Assembly: GCA_050250895.1 (NCBI GenBank)
Contig: JBFWNU010000001.1
Location: forward strand, 2,980,891-3,044,890
DNA length: 64,000 nucleotides
Reading direction: 5' to 3'
DNA from: Vulcanimicrobiota bacterium
GTDB taxonomy: Bacteria > Vulcanimicrobiota > Xenobia > Xenobiales > JADMJV01
Shown here: piece after piece, positions 40,910 to 50,840 of the stretch
How positions within the stretch are numbered: position 1 is the stretch's first letter
Layout of the letters: every line of letters starts with the position of its first letter
Notes under the pieces: model-generated
Told to the model about the DNA's origin: nothing
The model's input: only the letters and a program-made list of their open reading frames with translations
The model's database searches: none
Program-made: the position numbers and the translations under genes

Positions 40910-41182
40910 ATGAAAATCACACCACCTACAAACACGCTATCGTTCCCTCGCGCCCACCAGGCATCCTCGAACCAGCCCGAGCAACCCAAAGATCGGTTTT
41001 CCAGCTCCGAACCCGGCCCGTCTTTGATGACCCGCAGCGGCGGTTGGCAGCGCGCCAAGCCGCTAGTCGGCATGGGCGTCATGATGACGGGCATGATGGT
41101 CGGCGCTCAGATGGGCGCCCCCTGGGGCCCGGCAGTCATGATGGGCTCGATGTTCGCCGGCATGGCGATCATGGTCAGTTAA
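40910..41182 (+). CDS. small Met/Gly-rich membrane protein
   Basis: AGGAG RBS; two hydrophobic Met-rich helices. Confidence 0.65.
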   Translation: MKITPPTNTLSFPRAHQASSNQPEQPKDRFSSSEPGPSLMTRSGGWQRAKPLVGMGVMMTGMMVGAQMGAPWGPAVMMGSMFAGMAIMVS

Positions 41183-41218
41183 GAGGAGCATGGGCTTCCA
41201 TCGTTCAATCATTGGACG

Positions 41219-41713
41219 ATGAGAAGTCTACTGTTGTTGCTCGTAATGCTGACCGGTCTCGCCTGGGCCGAGACTTATGCCGATCCCACGCTAGGCGTAA
41301 AGTTGGACTATCCCTCGCACTGGGAGGTCATCCCCCAGGGCAGCTACCCGCTGGCGCTCAAATATCCGGGCAAGATCGTCGATCTGAACACCGAGCACGT
41401 GCGCCTCGAGGTGCAGCAACTCAGCGGCAACGGCGGCCTCGACATGGTGGCCGAGATGAGCCGCCACATGATCGAGTCGAGCTTTCCTAACCTCAAACTG
41501 GTCGAGTCCAAGGCGGTCGCCTTCGGCAACTTGCCGAACAGCCACCGCTTTCGCTTCGAGGGCACGCACATGGGCCGCTCGCTGGTGATTGTCGACCTGC
41601 TCGGCATGAAGAGTAACAAGAGCTACGAGCTGTGCATGATGGCCACCGCCGAGAACTACAAGAAGCAGATCAGCTATTTCGACAAGATGGCCGCCTCGTT
41701 GAAAGCCGACTAG
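41219..41713 (+). CDS. secreted PsbP/DcrB-like protein
   Basis: Signal peptide AWA-E; LDYPSHW...FDKMAASLK pattern. Confidence 0.7.
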   Translation: MRSLLLLLVMLTGLAWAETYADPTLGVKLDYPSHWEVIPQGSYPLALKYPGKIVDLNTEHVRLEVQQLSGNGGLDMVAEMSRHMIESSFPNLKLVESKAVAFGNLPNSHRFRFEGTHMGRSLVIVDLLGMKSNKSYELCMMATAENYKKQISYFDKMAASLKAD

Positions 41714-41716
41714 TCG

Positions 41717-42382
41717 TCATCCCAGAGCGGCCTGCAGGGGACAGTCCTGGGCCGGTCGGTCGCCCCGGCGGTAGCTCTGCAGCAGTTGGTGGGAGCGCCG
41801 GGCCAATTGGCGGCGAACCTCGCGACGCTGGCCCTTCACCCGAGCGATGACCATGTTGTCGTAGCCGGTGGTCTGGTGGCGCATCCAGGCGATGACGGCC
41901 GCCTCGGCCCGCTTCTCGACGGGAATCCGCTGGGTTCGGGCCACGGTGCCGCTACCCACCGGAGTGGCGTGGGCAGTGACCGCGTCGGCGATGCGGTCGG
42001 CCAGTTCACAGAAGCTGGGGGCGAAGGCGAGAAAGGCCAGCACCGCACCCCGAAAATCCTCGACATAATCTTGTTGAACCTTCTCACGCCGGCGAGCGGC
42101 CGAGGCCTGGCGGTTGGCATAGGCGTCAGTGGAACGCTCTTGTTCGAGTTCGGCTCTCAGGCGCTCGATGAGCGCGGCATCAGCCCACACTCCCTTAGAA
42201 AAGGTCTTGCGACCTTTCTTCTCCTGCACGGCCCAAAAGTCACCCGCCGCTTTGACTCGGCGGGTCAGGCCGGGGTCGCCGGGGGGGAGAAGCACCCAGT
42301 GGGCGGGTGGAGTGAGGGTCTGACCATCGGGAGCGAGGACGGTATCAGGAGTGGGTCCGGGCAAGAAGACGCGCTGGCTCAT
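41717..42382 (-). CDS. DUF2293-like protein
   Basis: PPGDPGLTRRVK, HATPVGSGTVART and AVIAWMRHQTTGYD. Confidence 0.8.
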   Translation of the reverse strand: MSQRVFLPGPTPDTVLAPDGQTLTPPAHWVLLPPGDPGLTRRVKAAGDFWAVQEKKGRKTFSKGVWADAALIERLRAELEQERSTDAYANRQASAARRREKVQQDYVEDFRGAVLAFLAFAPSFCELADRIADAVTAHATPVGSGTVARTQRIPVEKRAEAAVIAWMRHQTTGYDNMVIARVKGQRREVRRQLARRSHQLLQSYRRGDRPAQDCPLQAALG

Positions 42383-43545
42383 GGCCGCGCCTTCCCGCCG
42401 GGCTCTGGAGCTTCCTTCGTGGCGAGGAAGTGGCCTAGCTCGCGATAGGCCACCTCGTTCGGGTGGGCGTCGATGGGGATATGGTAGTGCCTCAGGTTCT
42501 GGCTGTAATCGGGAATGATGTCGTTGATGGCCACGAAGTTCAAATGAGCACCCTCGAAGAGTTCGGTATAGAAGGGTAGATCGTCGTTCCAAGCCCACAG
42601 GATCACGCACAGTTCCACTCCGTAGCGCTCCGCCAGCAAAGTCCTCGACCTTTTGACGATGGCGAGGTAGGTCTCGAGCTGTGGCCGGGTGCAAGGCCGG
42701 CTCGCCGGGCTGAGGAATCGAACGTAGGCTTGGCTCGTCTCGCAGAATTTGAGCAGCCGGGCCGCCCTAGCGGAATGAAACGGACCGGTGTTGACGAGTT
42801 CTTGACCCCGAATCCGGTAGCGAGGGCCGCGCAAGTCCCAGAAGGCCTTGCCCGCGGCTCGCTCGGCATGGGGCGGCAGGGTGGCGATGTAGTAGGCCCG
42901 TTTGACTGGCGGCTCGTCGGGCCCGGGCTTTTCCAGACCGGCCTCGAGGATGGCCAGCATCTGGTGGCCTCCGTAGCCCGGCATGGCCAGGTTGCGGGTG
43001 TGCCAGGTTCCCCCGGATTCGGCTTCGAGGCGGCTCGGCAGGGTCTGGGAATCCTCCAGACCCTCGCCAAACATGAACGAGCCACCGAAGCACAGGACGG
43101 TCTGGTTGGCCCGCGGTGTCTGCTTTGCGCTCTTTCGCCAACCGTCGCCATCGAGACGATAGGTGACCCGAAAGGCTTCCCGTCCGTCGGGTAGCACCCG
43201 GGCGACTTCGGCCGCGACCGACGGACGGCCCGCGTAGCCAAGTAAGGAGTGCGGCTCGGTGTAGGCAACCGAGTGGACGATCCTTCCTTTGTCCGGCGGG
43301 ACATGCCAGACGCGGGCAACCACCTCGAGTCCAGCCAGCGGCAGAGTCAGCCCGAGCAAACTCAGGGCCAGCCGCCGCCAGGCCGGCCGCGGCGAAAAGC
43401 ATAGCGCAAACTCGGCCAACAAGAGGCAAGCCAGGGCGGGCACGAAGCCCCATCGCCAGCCCCCATAGATTCCCAGTCCTAACATGCCGAGCGAGACGAG
43501 CAGAGGTCTCTGGCTCAAGGCAGGCCGGGAAAGTGGTTCACCCAT
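42379..43545 (-). CDS. membrane-anchored SGNH/GDSL-like hydrolase
   Basis: N-terminal TMs; GGSFMFGEG, NLAMPGYG and DAHPN. Confidence 0.78.
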   Translation of the reverse strand: MGEPLSRPALSQRPLLVSLGMLGLGIYGGWRWGFVPALACLLLAEFALCFSPRPAWRRLALSLLGLTLPLAGLEVVARVWHVPPDKGRIVHSVAYTEPHSLLGYAGRPSVAAEVARVLPDGREAFRVTYRLDGDGWRKSAKQTPRANQTVLCFGGSFMFGEGLEDSQTLPSRLEAESGGTWHTRNLAMPGYGGHQMLAILEAGLEKPGPDEPPVKRAYYIATLPPHAERAAGKAFWDLRGPRYRIRGQELVNTGPFHSARAARLLKFCETSQAYVRFLSPASRPCTRPQLETYLAIVKRSRTLLAERYGVELCVILWAWNDDLPFYTELFEGAHLNFVAINDIIPDYSQNLRHYHIPIDAHPNEVAYRELGHFLATKEAPEPGGKARP

Positions 43546-43979
43546 TGGATGCTGAAGTCTTCGCCAACGTTGACCAGGCGAATCTTGTAGTCAGGAAGGT
43601 GGTCGACGACCTCCCATTCCCCGGCGCTATCCGCGAAGTGGTCGACCTTCTTCACCTTCAGGTCGGGAAAGTGGTCGACGACCTTCACGTCATAGTCGGC
43701 TCCCGCGGTGACGAATTGGATCCGGCCATGAATTTGGGAGAGGTCGATCTGCTGGGGCTCGCCGCCACCTCCGCCCAACAAAGCCGCCGCCACTCCCAGA
43801 CCGGCGATGACGCCGAAGGGCAAGAGCCACTTCTGGTCGGAGCGCACCGGCGTCAGGCTGGTCGGTTCCAGGTCGAGCCGATCGGGCTCTGGACCCGGGG
43901 GCGAAGCCGAGGCCCTGGGCGGCGCCTGGTGAGTCAGACTGGCAGAGCGGATGGCTGGGGAAAACGTGACCGGTGACAT
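43515..43979 (-). CDS. hypothetical protein with (V/W)V(D/N)HFPD repeats
   Basis: GGAGG RBS; TM then repeated KVVDHFPD-like units. Confidence 0.7.
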   Translation of the reverse strand: MSPVTFSPAIRSASLTHQAPPRASASPPGPEPDRLDLEPTSLTPVRSDQKWLLPFGVIAGLGVAAALLGGGGGEPQQIDLSQIHGRIQFVTAGADYDVKVVDHFPDLKVKKVDHFADSAGEWEVVDHLPDYKIRLVNVGEDFSIQWVNHFPGLP

Positions 43980-44060
43980 AATGACCTCCTTCAATCGGGT
44001 GAAAGAGGATGGCGGACCAACCTCACTCTATCCAGCCAGGCTGAATCCAGTCTTAAAAAA

Positions 44061-45107
44061 CTACCAGGCGTACTGATAACGAGCCCGCAAGCCCCGGCTC
44101 GCAGCGGGCGCCCCCTCGTCGGCCTGGCGAAATTCGTAGTTGAGCTGAAAGCGATGCACCGGCTTGCGCGAGAGATAGTAGTTCACGCCGAGCACGACCC
44201 GGCTGCGGGCGTTGGTGGCGTCGCGAGCCCGCTGAAGGTCGACCCGGTCCAGGTCGGGGTCGAACTGATCAAAGCTGACCACCGCGTCAACCTCTTCCGA
44301 GGCCCGATAGACGCCGGTCAGGTAATAGCCTCGCCAGCGGCTGTCGGCGCGCGAGAAGAGGTTGTAGCCATCTCCCAGGATCAGCTCGCCTTCGAGCTTC
44401 CAGGGGCCCTCCTCGAAGTGGGCCTCGAGGCCGTATCGCTGCACCGGCTGAGTGATGTCGCTACCCTCGGGCACGATGGTGCCCAGGTGCCCCGAGGCGC
44501 CCACTCGCAGGCTGGGGCTGAGCGAATAGACCAGGCGCGCGGCCAGGTCCTTGCCTCCATTGCGGTCGGCAACGTTCTGGCCCTGGCCTCCCACGACGGC
44601 CACCCCATACTCCCAGCGCTCGGTCTGTCCAAACCCGCCGAGGCCGATGTCTCGCTGGAAGAGAACTCGGCTAACATCGCTGCGCTCGATGGTGTCCAAC
44701 GCCCGCGAGCTACGAAAGAACTCCCATCCGAAGGGCACCTTGAACTGGCCGATGCGCAAATGATGCTGGTCGTCGAAGCGGTGCCGCACATAGAGATCGA
44801 GCATGGTCAACTGAGTCTCGTCGAAGTCGAGTTGATCAGCCTCGAAGTCGGTCTCGTTCACCAGGGCCCAGTTGGGAGCCAGATGGACGGTCGGGATCAG
44901 TCTCAGGCGACGTACCCTGAGGACATCACGAGCCGGAAACCCGCTCAATCCGTTGCGAGCGGGGCGGGCCCCGGCCCTCAGAGCGCCCAGTTCGCCATCC
45001 TCGAATTGTAGCTGCACCTGTCCCTCCACCACGATGTCGGGGTAACGATCCTCGTCGGCTTCGGCCAGCACCGCCAGGCTCAACAGCAGAAACAATATCA
45101 GGAACAT
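44061..45107 (-). CDS. outer-membrane porin (OprO/OprP-like)
   Basis: RVRRLRL, RIGQFKVPFG, IERS and RDIG; C-terminal YQYAW. Confidence 0.82.
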   Translation of the reverse strand: MFLILFLLLSLAVLAEADEDRYPDIVVEGQVQLQFEDGELGALRAGARPARNGLSGFPARDVLRVRRLRLIPTVHLAPNWALVNETDFEADQLDFDETQLTMLDLYVRHRFDDQHHLRIGQFKVPFGWEFFRSSRALDTIERSDVSRVLFQRDIGLGGFGQTERWEYGVAVVGGQGQNVADRNGGKDLAARLVYSLSPSLRVGASGHLGTIVPEGSDITQPVQRYGLEAHFEEGPWKLEGELILGDGYNLFSRADSRWRGYYLTGVYRASEEVDAVVSFDQFDPDLDRVDLQRARDATNARSRVVLGVNYYLSRKPVHRFQLNYEFRQADEGAPAASRGLRARYQYAW

Positions 45108-45180
45108 TCCTCTGTTTTCGTTTGCCTGGCTTGCATCCCTGTGGAGGGAACCGGCGCATTTGGCGGGAACCACGCCGGCC

Positions 45181-46338
45181 ATGCCGGACCGTCACGAACT
45201 CACTCTCGCGCTGCTCTCCCGGGCCCTGGTCTGGGGTTCGCTTTTCGCCACGATCTACATCTTGCGATCCTTTTCCGTGCTGCTTTTCCTGGTCTTCATC
45301 TTCAGTTATATCCAGGCCAATGCGGTCAATCGGCTCGAGCCCTGGATCGCCAATCGGACGGCCCGAGTCGTGCTGGTGGGAGTGAGCTTTCTGGCCTTCT
45401 TCGTGCTGGTCATCGCGGCCCTCATCCCTCCCGTTCGCGATCAGACCACAAGTTTCGTTAGCAATTTGGCCATCTATGGAAAGGCTTTAGACCAGGAGTT
45501 GATCGCTTTCGCTCAATCCCATCCCACTCTGGCCGAACTCTTGCCAGTCGATGTGTCTCACGTGCCGCGCCAGGAGCCGTGGGACTTTCGCACCTCTGCT
45601 CTGGCCCAGATCCTGCAGCCCTTCGTGGGGATGGGCGAAGAGGTGGACAAAGATTCTCTCGTGACCTTTGTCGAGACGGCCGGTCATTTCGGCTCGAAGT
45701 TGCTAAAGCTCAGTTCGCAGTTCGTGCTCTCGATTCTGTTCTCGTTTTTGATCGTGCTCGATTTGCCGAACCTTGCCGAGGGAGCCCGCGCCTTGCGCGA
45801 TACGCGTCTGCGTTACGTGTACGATGAGGTGGCCGACAGTCTGCTTCGTTTCGGGGCTACCGTGGGCAGAGCCTTCGAAGCTCAGTTCGTGGTGGCCATC
45901 TTCAACACTCTGCTGACAGCTATCGGCATCTGGTGCCTGGGCTTGCGCGACGAGATCGCCTTTGTCTCGTTGGTGGTCTTTTTGTGTAGCTTCATTCCCA
46001 TTGCCGGGGTGTTCGTGAGCTCGATCCCCATTTGCCTGTTGGCCCTGGCCCAGGGCGGCTTTCCGAAAGTGATTCTGGCGGTGGTCCTGATCTTTGCCAT
46101 TCACGCCATCGAGGCATACATTCTCAACCCTCGCATCTTCGGTCGCCACCTGCATCTCAATCCGGTGGTGGTGATGATCTTGCTCACTATCTGCGGCAAA
46201 CTGTTCGGGGTCTGGGGCCTGATTCTCAGCCTGCCCATCGCCACCTACCTCTTCCGCGAAGCCATCCAGCACAAGCGGCGCCTGCTCTTGACGGCCTGGC
46301 CCACCGAGGTCCACACGGTTCAGCGCAGCGACGAGTAG
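45181..46338 (+). CDS. AI-2E family transporter
   Basis: Multi-TM; SFIPIAG, IEAYILNPRI and GVWGLILSLP. Confidence 0.88.
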   Translation: MPDRHELTLALLSRALVWGSLFATIYILRSFSVLLFLVFIFSYIQANAVNRLEPWIANRTARVVLVGVSFLAFFVLVIAALIPPVRDQTTSFVSNLAIYGKALDQELIAFAQSHPTLAELLPVDVSHVPRQEPWDFRTSALAQILQPFVGMGEEVDKDSLVTFVETAGHFGSKLLKLSSQFVLSILFSFLIVLDLPNLAEGARALRDTRLRYVYDEVADSLLRFGATVGRAFEAQFVVAIFNTLLTAIGIWCLGLRDEIAFVSLVVFLCSFIPIAGVFVSSIPICLLALAQGGFPKVILAVVLIFAIHAIEAYILNPRIFGRHLHLNPVVVMILLTICGKLFGVWGLILSLPIATYLFREAIQHKRRLLLTAWPTEVHTVQRSDE

Positions 46339-46724
46339 ACCTCGACCAGGTGGTAGCCGTTGAGGAAGACTTTCTCGAGTCCCTCGCACTCACCGGGCTG
46401 GGCGGTGGCCGGATTGTCTTCGATTCGTTCCAATTGATGATGGCTGTATTCCATCACCCGCCACACGAACGTCCCCAGTCGGTCCGCTCCCGGCTGCCCG
46501 TCAGCCCATTGGTCGACCGCCTGATGCAGCACCTGGATCTCGCGGCGATGCTCGGGGCTCAAAGCCTGGATCGACTCGCCGAAATCACGGGTCGCGCCTT
46601 CGAATCTTTGCGATAGAGTGGGGGGATCGTCGGGGAGGGTGAAGTCGGGCGACTGGGCTCCCAGAGGAAACATCCGAGGAGGGTAAGGCGAAAGCGGCTG
46701 GGGCGTGATGGGAGGCAGAGCCAT
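46320..46724 (-). CDS. hypothetical protein
   Basis: ATG coupled to the upstream stop (TGATG); Pro-rich N-terminus and helical C-terminus. Confidence 0.55.
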   Translation of the reverse strand: MALPPITPQPLSPYPPRMFPLGAQSPDFTLPDDPPTLSQRFEGATRDFGESIQALSPEHRREIQVLHQAVDQWADGQPGADRLGTFVWRVMEYSHHQLERIEDNPATAQPGECEGLEKVFLNGYHLVEVYSSLR

Positions 46725-47134
46725 CAGTTGGGCTCCGTCACGTTGATAAGTTTGGCCCCGCGTTCCATCCGGTAGTCCCAGATGAAGGTCGAACCATCCT
46801 CCCACTCCACCCGCACCTGGTAGTAGCGTCCCATCGCTGCGCCCTCGAGCCGCGCCTCGACCGAGTAGAGCGCCCCCGGATTGTCGGTGCTGGTGCTGCT
46901 GGCCTGGGTGGTCTTTTCGTGAATCTCGACGCTGGTCACCGAATAATACTTCTGCTCGTAGTGGTTGAAATAGCGATGGGCCACGACCCGCAACACCTGC
47001 TCGCCGGACGGCAGGGGCCGCAACATGCGGGCCGCTTCGCCCAGGTAGCGAACACGGGTGGCCCGGTCGAGTCGGCATTCGGCCAGGCTTGGGCCGGCCA
47101 GAGCTATCAGGAGCATGAGCGCCGTCCATCGCAT
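46724..47134 (-). CDS. secreted hypothetical protein
   Basis: Signal peptide ending SLA-E. Confidence 0.65.
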   Translation of the reverse strand: MRWTALMLLIALAGPSLAECRLDRATRVRYLGEAARMLRPLPSGEQVLRVVAHRYFNHYEQKYYSVTSVEIHEKTTQASSTSTDNPGALYSVEARLEGAAMGRYYQVRVEWEDGSTFIWDYRMERGAKLINVTEPN

Positions 47135-47206
47135 GCAGCGGGCCTTCGTGGCCCGCCGCCACTAGCCTTCAGGAGGGAGTTGTCCACGCTCGGGGAAGGG
47201 GCGACC

Positions 47207-48088
47207 ATGGCTTCTCGCCTGCTCTTGTTGCTTTTGCTCACTACCGGTCTGGTCCGGGCCGACACCTGGTTTCTGCCATCCGGCGGCTGGATCGCGCGCC
47301 AGTTGGAGCAGGTCGGCTGCGATCGCGTTCGCCAGCGGGGGCAGGCGGTTGGTGGGTTGCTTCGCGGCGCCGAACCTGGTCAGGTGGTGGTGTTTTCTAG
47401 CAACGACCCCGAGGCTGCGCTGCGCGTGCTGGCTGCCGTGGGCCGTCCCCAGCGAGGACGCCTGTTGACCGTGTTTGGCGAGGGCATCAAGTTGCGCCAC
47501 GGTGATCTGGTGGTCAAGCTCGACTTTGATCCGGGCTTGCCCCCCGGAGTCGTCGCGCTGCCCGCCCGCGGCCCCAGCATCGACACGGTGCGACTGCTGC
47601 TCTCGCCCGGAAATGCTCCCACCATGGTCATCGCCTCTGATCTGGTGTTGAGTCTGCAGAATCGGGCCCGCACCTCCAGCGACCTGGTGGTGGTGCGTTT
47701 GGTGGGCTACGAGCCCCGGGCCGAGGGCCGACTCGAAGTGATGTTGTCGGTGCGCGTCTTTGACCCCGGCCTGCGCCAACAGATGACCGATACCGTCGTG
47801 GCTAGCGCCCGCCAGCGAGCAAGCCTGTACGGGGCCGAGATCCTCGAGTCCTCGGTGACGCCTTCGGCCCAATCTGGGAGCTGGCCGCGCTTGCGCGAGG
47901 CTCTGGCCGGCGAACTCGGACCCGATTCCATCGTCTCGCGCGAGCCGGAAAAAAGCCAGCTCTATCTCGAAGACTTCGGACGCCCCGAATTACCCACTGT
48001 GATCCTCCAGGTCGGTCCCGACCGGGACGGCGTAATCACGAGAGCGACGGCCGCAGTGTTGCGGCTGGCCCTGTCTTTCGAGCGCTAA
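47207..48088 (+). CDS. secreted, degenerate M20 amidohydrolase-like protein
   Basis: Signal peptide; ASDLVLSLQ...SVRVFDP...EDFG resemble the M20 dimerisation/C-terminal region; metal ligands not evident. Confidence 0.5.
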   Translation: MASRLLLLLLLTTGLVRADTWFLPSGGWIARQLEQVGCDRVRQRGQAVGGLLRGAEPGQVVVFSSNDPEAALRVLAAVGRPQRGRLLTVFGEGIKLRHGDLVVKLDFDPGLPPGVVALPARGPSIDTVRLLLSPGNAPTMVIASDLVLSLQNRARTSSDLVVVRLVGYEPRAEGRLEVMLSVRVFDPGLRQQMTDTVVASARQRASLYGAEILESSVTPSAQSGSWPRLREALAGELGPDSIVSREPEKSQLYLEDFGRPELPTVILQVGPDRDGVITRATAAVLRLALSFER

Positions 48089-48106
48089 GCCCCTTGGTCG
48101 ACCCTC

Positions 48107-48146
48107 TTGACACGGATTGATTTCCTATATATATTTATATATATCA
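48107..48146 (+). promoter_or_regulatory. sigma70 promoter with overlapping AT-rich palindromic operator
   Basis: TTGACA-N17-TATATT; ATATATA-TTTA-TATATAT inverted repeat over the -10. Confidence 0.75.
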
Positions 48147-48164
48147 ATACTAAAGGAGTTTGGA

Positions 48165-49544
48165 ATGTATCTCGAGCGCTTCTATGACGAGAATCTGGCT
48201 CAAGCGAGCTATCTGGTCGGCTGTCAAGCCACCGGAGAGGCGATCGTCATCGATGCTGCCCGCAACATCCAGCCTTACCTCGATGCGGCCGCGGCCCAGA
48301 GCCTCAAGATCGTGGCCGCCACCGACACCCACATTCACGCCGACTACGTGTCGGGCATGCGTGAACTGGCCCTGCAAACCGGAGCCACGATGTATCTTTC
48401 CGATGAAGGCGGTCCGGACTGGACCTATCGGTTCGCGCGTCCCCAGGACGTGCTGGTCAAAGACGGCTACAAGATCGAGATCGGCAACCTGGTGCTCGAG
48501 GTGATGCACACCCCTGGGCACACGCCCGAGCACATCAGCTTCTTGCTCACCGACAAGCCGGCCAGCAGCCAGCCAAGAGGTCTGTTCACCGGCGACTTCA
48601 TCTTCGTCGGCGACGTGGGTCGCCCCGACCTGCTCGAGAAGGCCGCGGGCATCACCGGCACCATGGAAGCGGGAGCCCGCCAGCTCTACCAGTCGCTGCA
48701 AAGGGTGGCCAGCCTGCCCGACTTTATCCAGCTCTGGCCGGGCCACGGAGCCGGCTCGGCCTGCGGCAAGGCCCTGGGTGCAGTTCCCCAATCGACGCTA
48801 GGCTACGAGAAGCTTTCGAACTGGGCCTTCGCGTGCGAATCGGAGGCCGATTTCGTGGCCAGGGTGCTCGACGGTCAGCCCGAGCCTCCCTATTACTTCG
48901 CCGAAATGAAGCGCATCAACAAGGTCGGGCCGCAGTTGCAAGCTCCCCTGGCGCCCAAACTCGATCTCGATTCCCTCGAGAAAGTGGTCAAAGACCAGCC
49001 CTGGGTGGTCGACGGTCGGGGTGCCGACGCCTTTGCCAAAGCCCACCTTCCGGGCTCGGTGTATCTGCCCCCCAACACCGGATTCGTCAACTGGGCCGGT
49101 TGGGTCTTGCCCTACGACCAGGACTTCTATCTGGTCGCTCGCGACACCGAGCAAGCCCTCGGCTACCAGCGTGCCCTGCGCTCGATCGGCCTGGACCGGC
49201 TGGTAGGGTTCTTCCTGGCTCCGACCCTGGCGCGCTGGGTCGAGCACAGCGGAATGGCCCGGAGTTCGCACCGGGTTCGGGTCGAAGACCTGCGCGGCGA
49301 CGAATCTTTGGTCGACGTGCGAGCCACCAGCGAGTGGAACGCCGGTCACATCGAAGGTGCTCTCCATATCCACGCCGGCCACCTCTCGCGCCGTCTGGCC
49401 GAGGTGCCCGAAGAGCCCCTGCTCTACTGCGCCTCTGGAAATCGCTCCCTGATTGTTAGCAGCCTGCTCGAGCGCCACGGTCGTTTGGCCCGCGACCTGA
49501 TTGGCGGCTACGCAGCCTGGAACAAACGGCCCGCTCTGGCCTAG
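48165..49544 (+). CDS. MBL-fold persulfide dioxygenase-rhodanese fusion (CstB/Blh-like)
   Basis: THIHADYVSG, HTPGHTPEH, GDVGRPDL and PGHGAGSACGK; two rhodanese domains with YCASGNRS; AAGGAG RBS. Confidence 0.9.
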   Translation: MYLERFYDENLAQASYLVGCQATGEAIVIDAARNIQPYLDAAAAQSLKIVAATDTHIHADYVSGMRELALQTGATMYLSDEGGPDWTYRFARPQDVLVKDGYKIEIGNLVLEVMHTPGHTPEHISFLLTDKPASSQPRGLFTGDFIFVGDVGRPDLLEKAAGITGTMEAGARQLYQSLQRVASLPDFIQLWPGHGAGSACGKALGAVPQSTLGYEKLSNWAFACESEADFVARVLDGQPEPPYYFAEMKRINKVGPQLQAPLAPKLDLDSLEKVVKDQPWVVDGRGADAFAKAHLPGSVYLPPNTGFVNWAGWVLPYDQDFYLVARDTEQALGYQRALRSIGLDRLVGFFLAPTLARWVEHSGMARSSHRVRVEDLRGDESLVDVRATSEWNAGHIEGALHIHAGHLSRRLAEVPEEPLLYCASGNRSLIVSSLLERHGRLARDLIGGYAAWNKRPALA

Positions 49545-50767
49545 CGCACTTCGATGGAGATGTCGCCGATGGTGAGCAGGTTCTCGTCGAGTTGCAATTC
49601 GGGCCCCTGGGGAACTGCCTTCATGGCTTCGAGTTTGCGCGCGAGGGCGTCCTCGGCCAGGGCCACCAGTCGCCCCTCGGCTGCCACATAGACGATTTCG
49701 TGGTGATGCAGCGGCACCTGAGCCAGCCGGCTGCCGCCCACGAAGTTCCAGCGATTATCTCCGGTTTTGGCGTCGAAAACGTGGAACTTCTCGGTGCGCC
49801 CGCCCGCGAAATAGACCTCCCCTTCGGCTCCCACGGCCGGCTTGAAAGCCCCGTAGCCGCCGGGCTGGCGGGCCCACTTCTCGGCTCCGGTGTTGGCATC
49901 GACGCAATAGACCGACTTACCCCAGTCGCCCACGAAGAGATTGCCGGCCGCTTCATCCAGGGCCAGGCTAGGAATATTGTGCCCGAGCACGTCTTTGTTC
50001 TCGAAGCTCCACAGCTCTTTGCCGCCCGCCTCGATGGCCCGCACCAGGTGGCGTTCATCGTTGCCGATCGAACCGATCAGGATGCGCTGGCCACTCACGA
50101 TGGGACGCCCGCCGCGCCCCTCCAGGGGAAAGCGCCATCGCTCCTCACCGCTTTGCTGGTCGAGACAGACGAGAGCCTTCTCGGCGGCCAACAAAACCGT
50201 TCCGCCGGGCCCGAGCACGGGGGCGGCGTCGTCAGGGCTCATGCCGCCGGTGAAGGTCTTGGACCAGGCCACCTGGCCTGATTCGGCTTTCAACTTGACC
50301 AGTTTGGCCACCGGGGTGGCCACTCCGCGCTCGAAGTACTCAAACGAGGTGGATAGCCCATACGCGTTGCCCTGGTCGTCGACGGCCGGCGAGCAGCGAA
50401 AGTCGCCCTCTTGCTTTTCGGCCTGCCAGAGCAGGTGCCCGTCGGAGCTGTCCAGAGCATAGAAGTTGCCCCAGTCGCTATTGACGTAGAGGCGGCTCTG
50501 CCAGGGGGTGGGGGCCGAACGCACCCCCCCTCGGGTGTCGAACTTCCACTGCAGCTGACCTTCGTCGTCGAGCTTGTGGACCGAGCCCATGTGGTCGGAT
50601 TTCCACTGGGAGCTGCCGGTGTTGACATAGATTCCGTCAGGCCCCGGGGTAGGATTCGAGACGAAGCTATCGTCGGTCTTATACTCCCAGAGCAAGAACG
50701 GGTCTTTGACCTTTTCCAGGGCCTGCTGGGCGCGGCCCAGGTCAATCGGGCCTGGATCGATTTTCAT
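49541..50767 (-). CDS. PQQ-like (BamB-type) beta-propeller repeat protein
   Basis: Repeated ALD..xG..xW blades. Confidence 0.85.
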   Translation of the reverse strand: MKIDPGPIDLGRAQQALEKVKDPFLLWEYKTDDSFVSNPTPGPDGIYVNTGSSQWKSDHMGSVHKLDDEGQLQWKFDTRGGVRSAPTPWQSRLYVNSDWGNFYALDSSDGHLLWQAEKQEGDFRCSPAVDDQGNAYGLSTSFEYFERGVATPVAKLVKLKAESGQVAWSKTFTGGMSPDDAAPVLGPGGTVLLAAEKALVCLDQQSGEERWRFPLEGRGGRPIVSGQRILIGSIGNDERHLVRAIEAGGKELWSFENKDVLGHNIPSLALDEAAGNLFVGDWGKSVYCVDANTGAEKWARQPGGYGAFKPAVGAEGEVYFAGGRTEKFHVFDAKTGDNRWNFVGGSRLAQVPLHHHEIVYVAAEGRLVALAEDALARKLEAMKAVPQGPELQLDENLLTIGDISIEVR

Positions 50768-50840
50768 CGCTCCAAATCTAGACGAGCCGACTGAAGAAGT
50801 GCTTAAAGAGGGCTATCCGGGCAGGCGCGAAATAGAGTCA

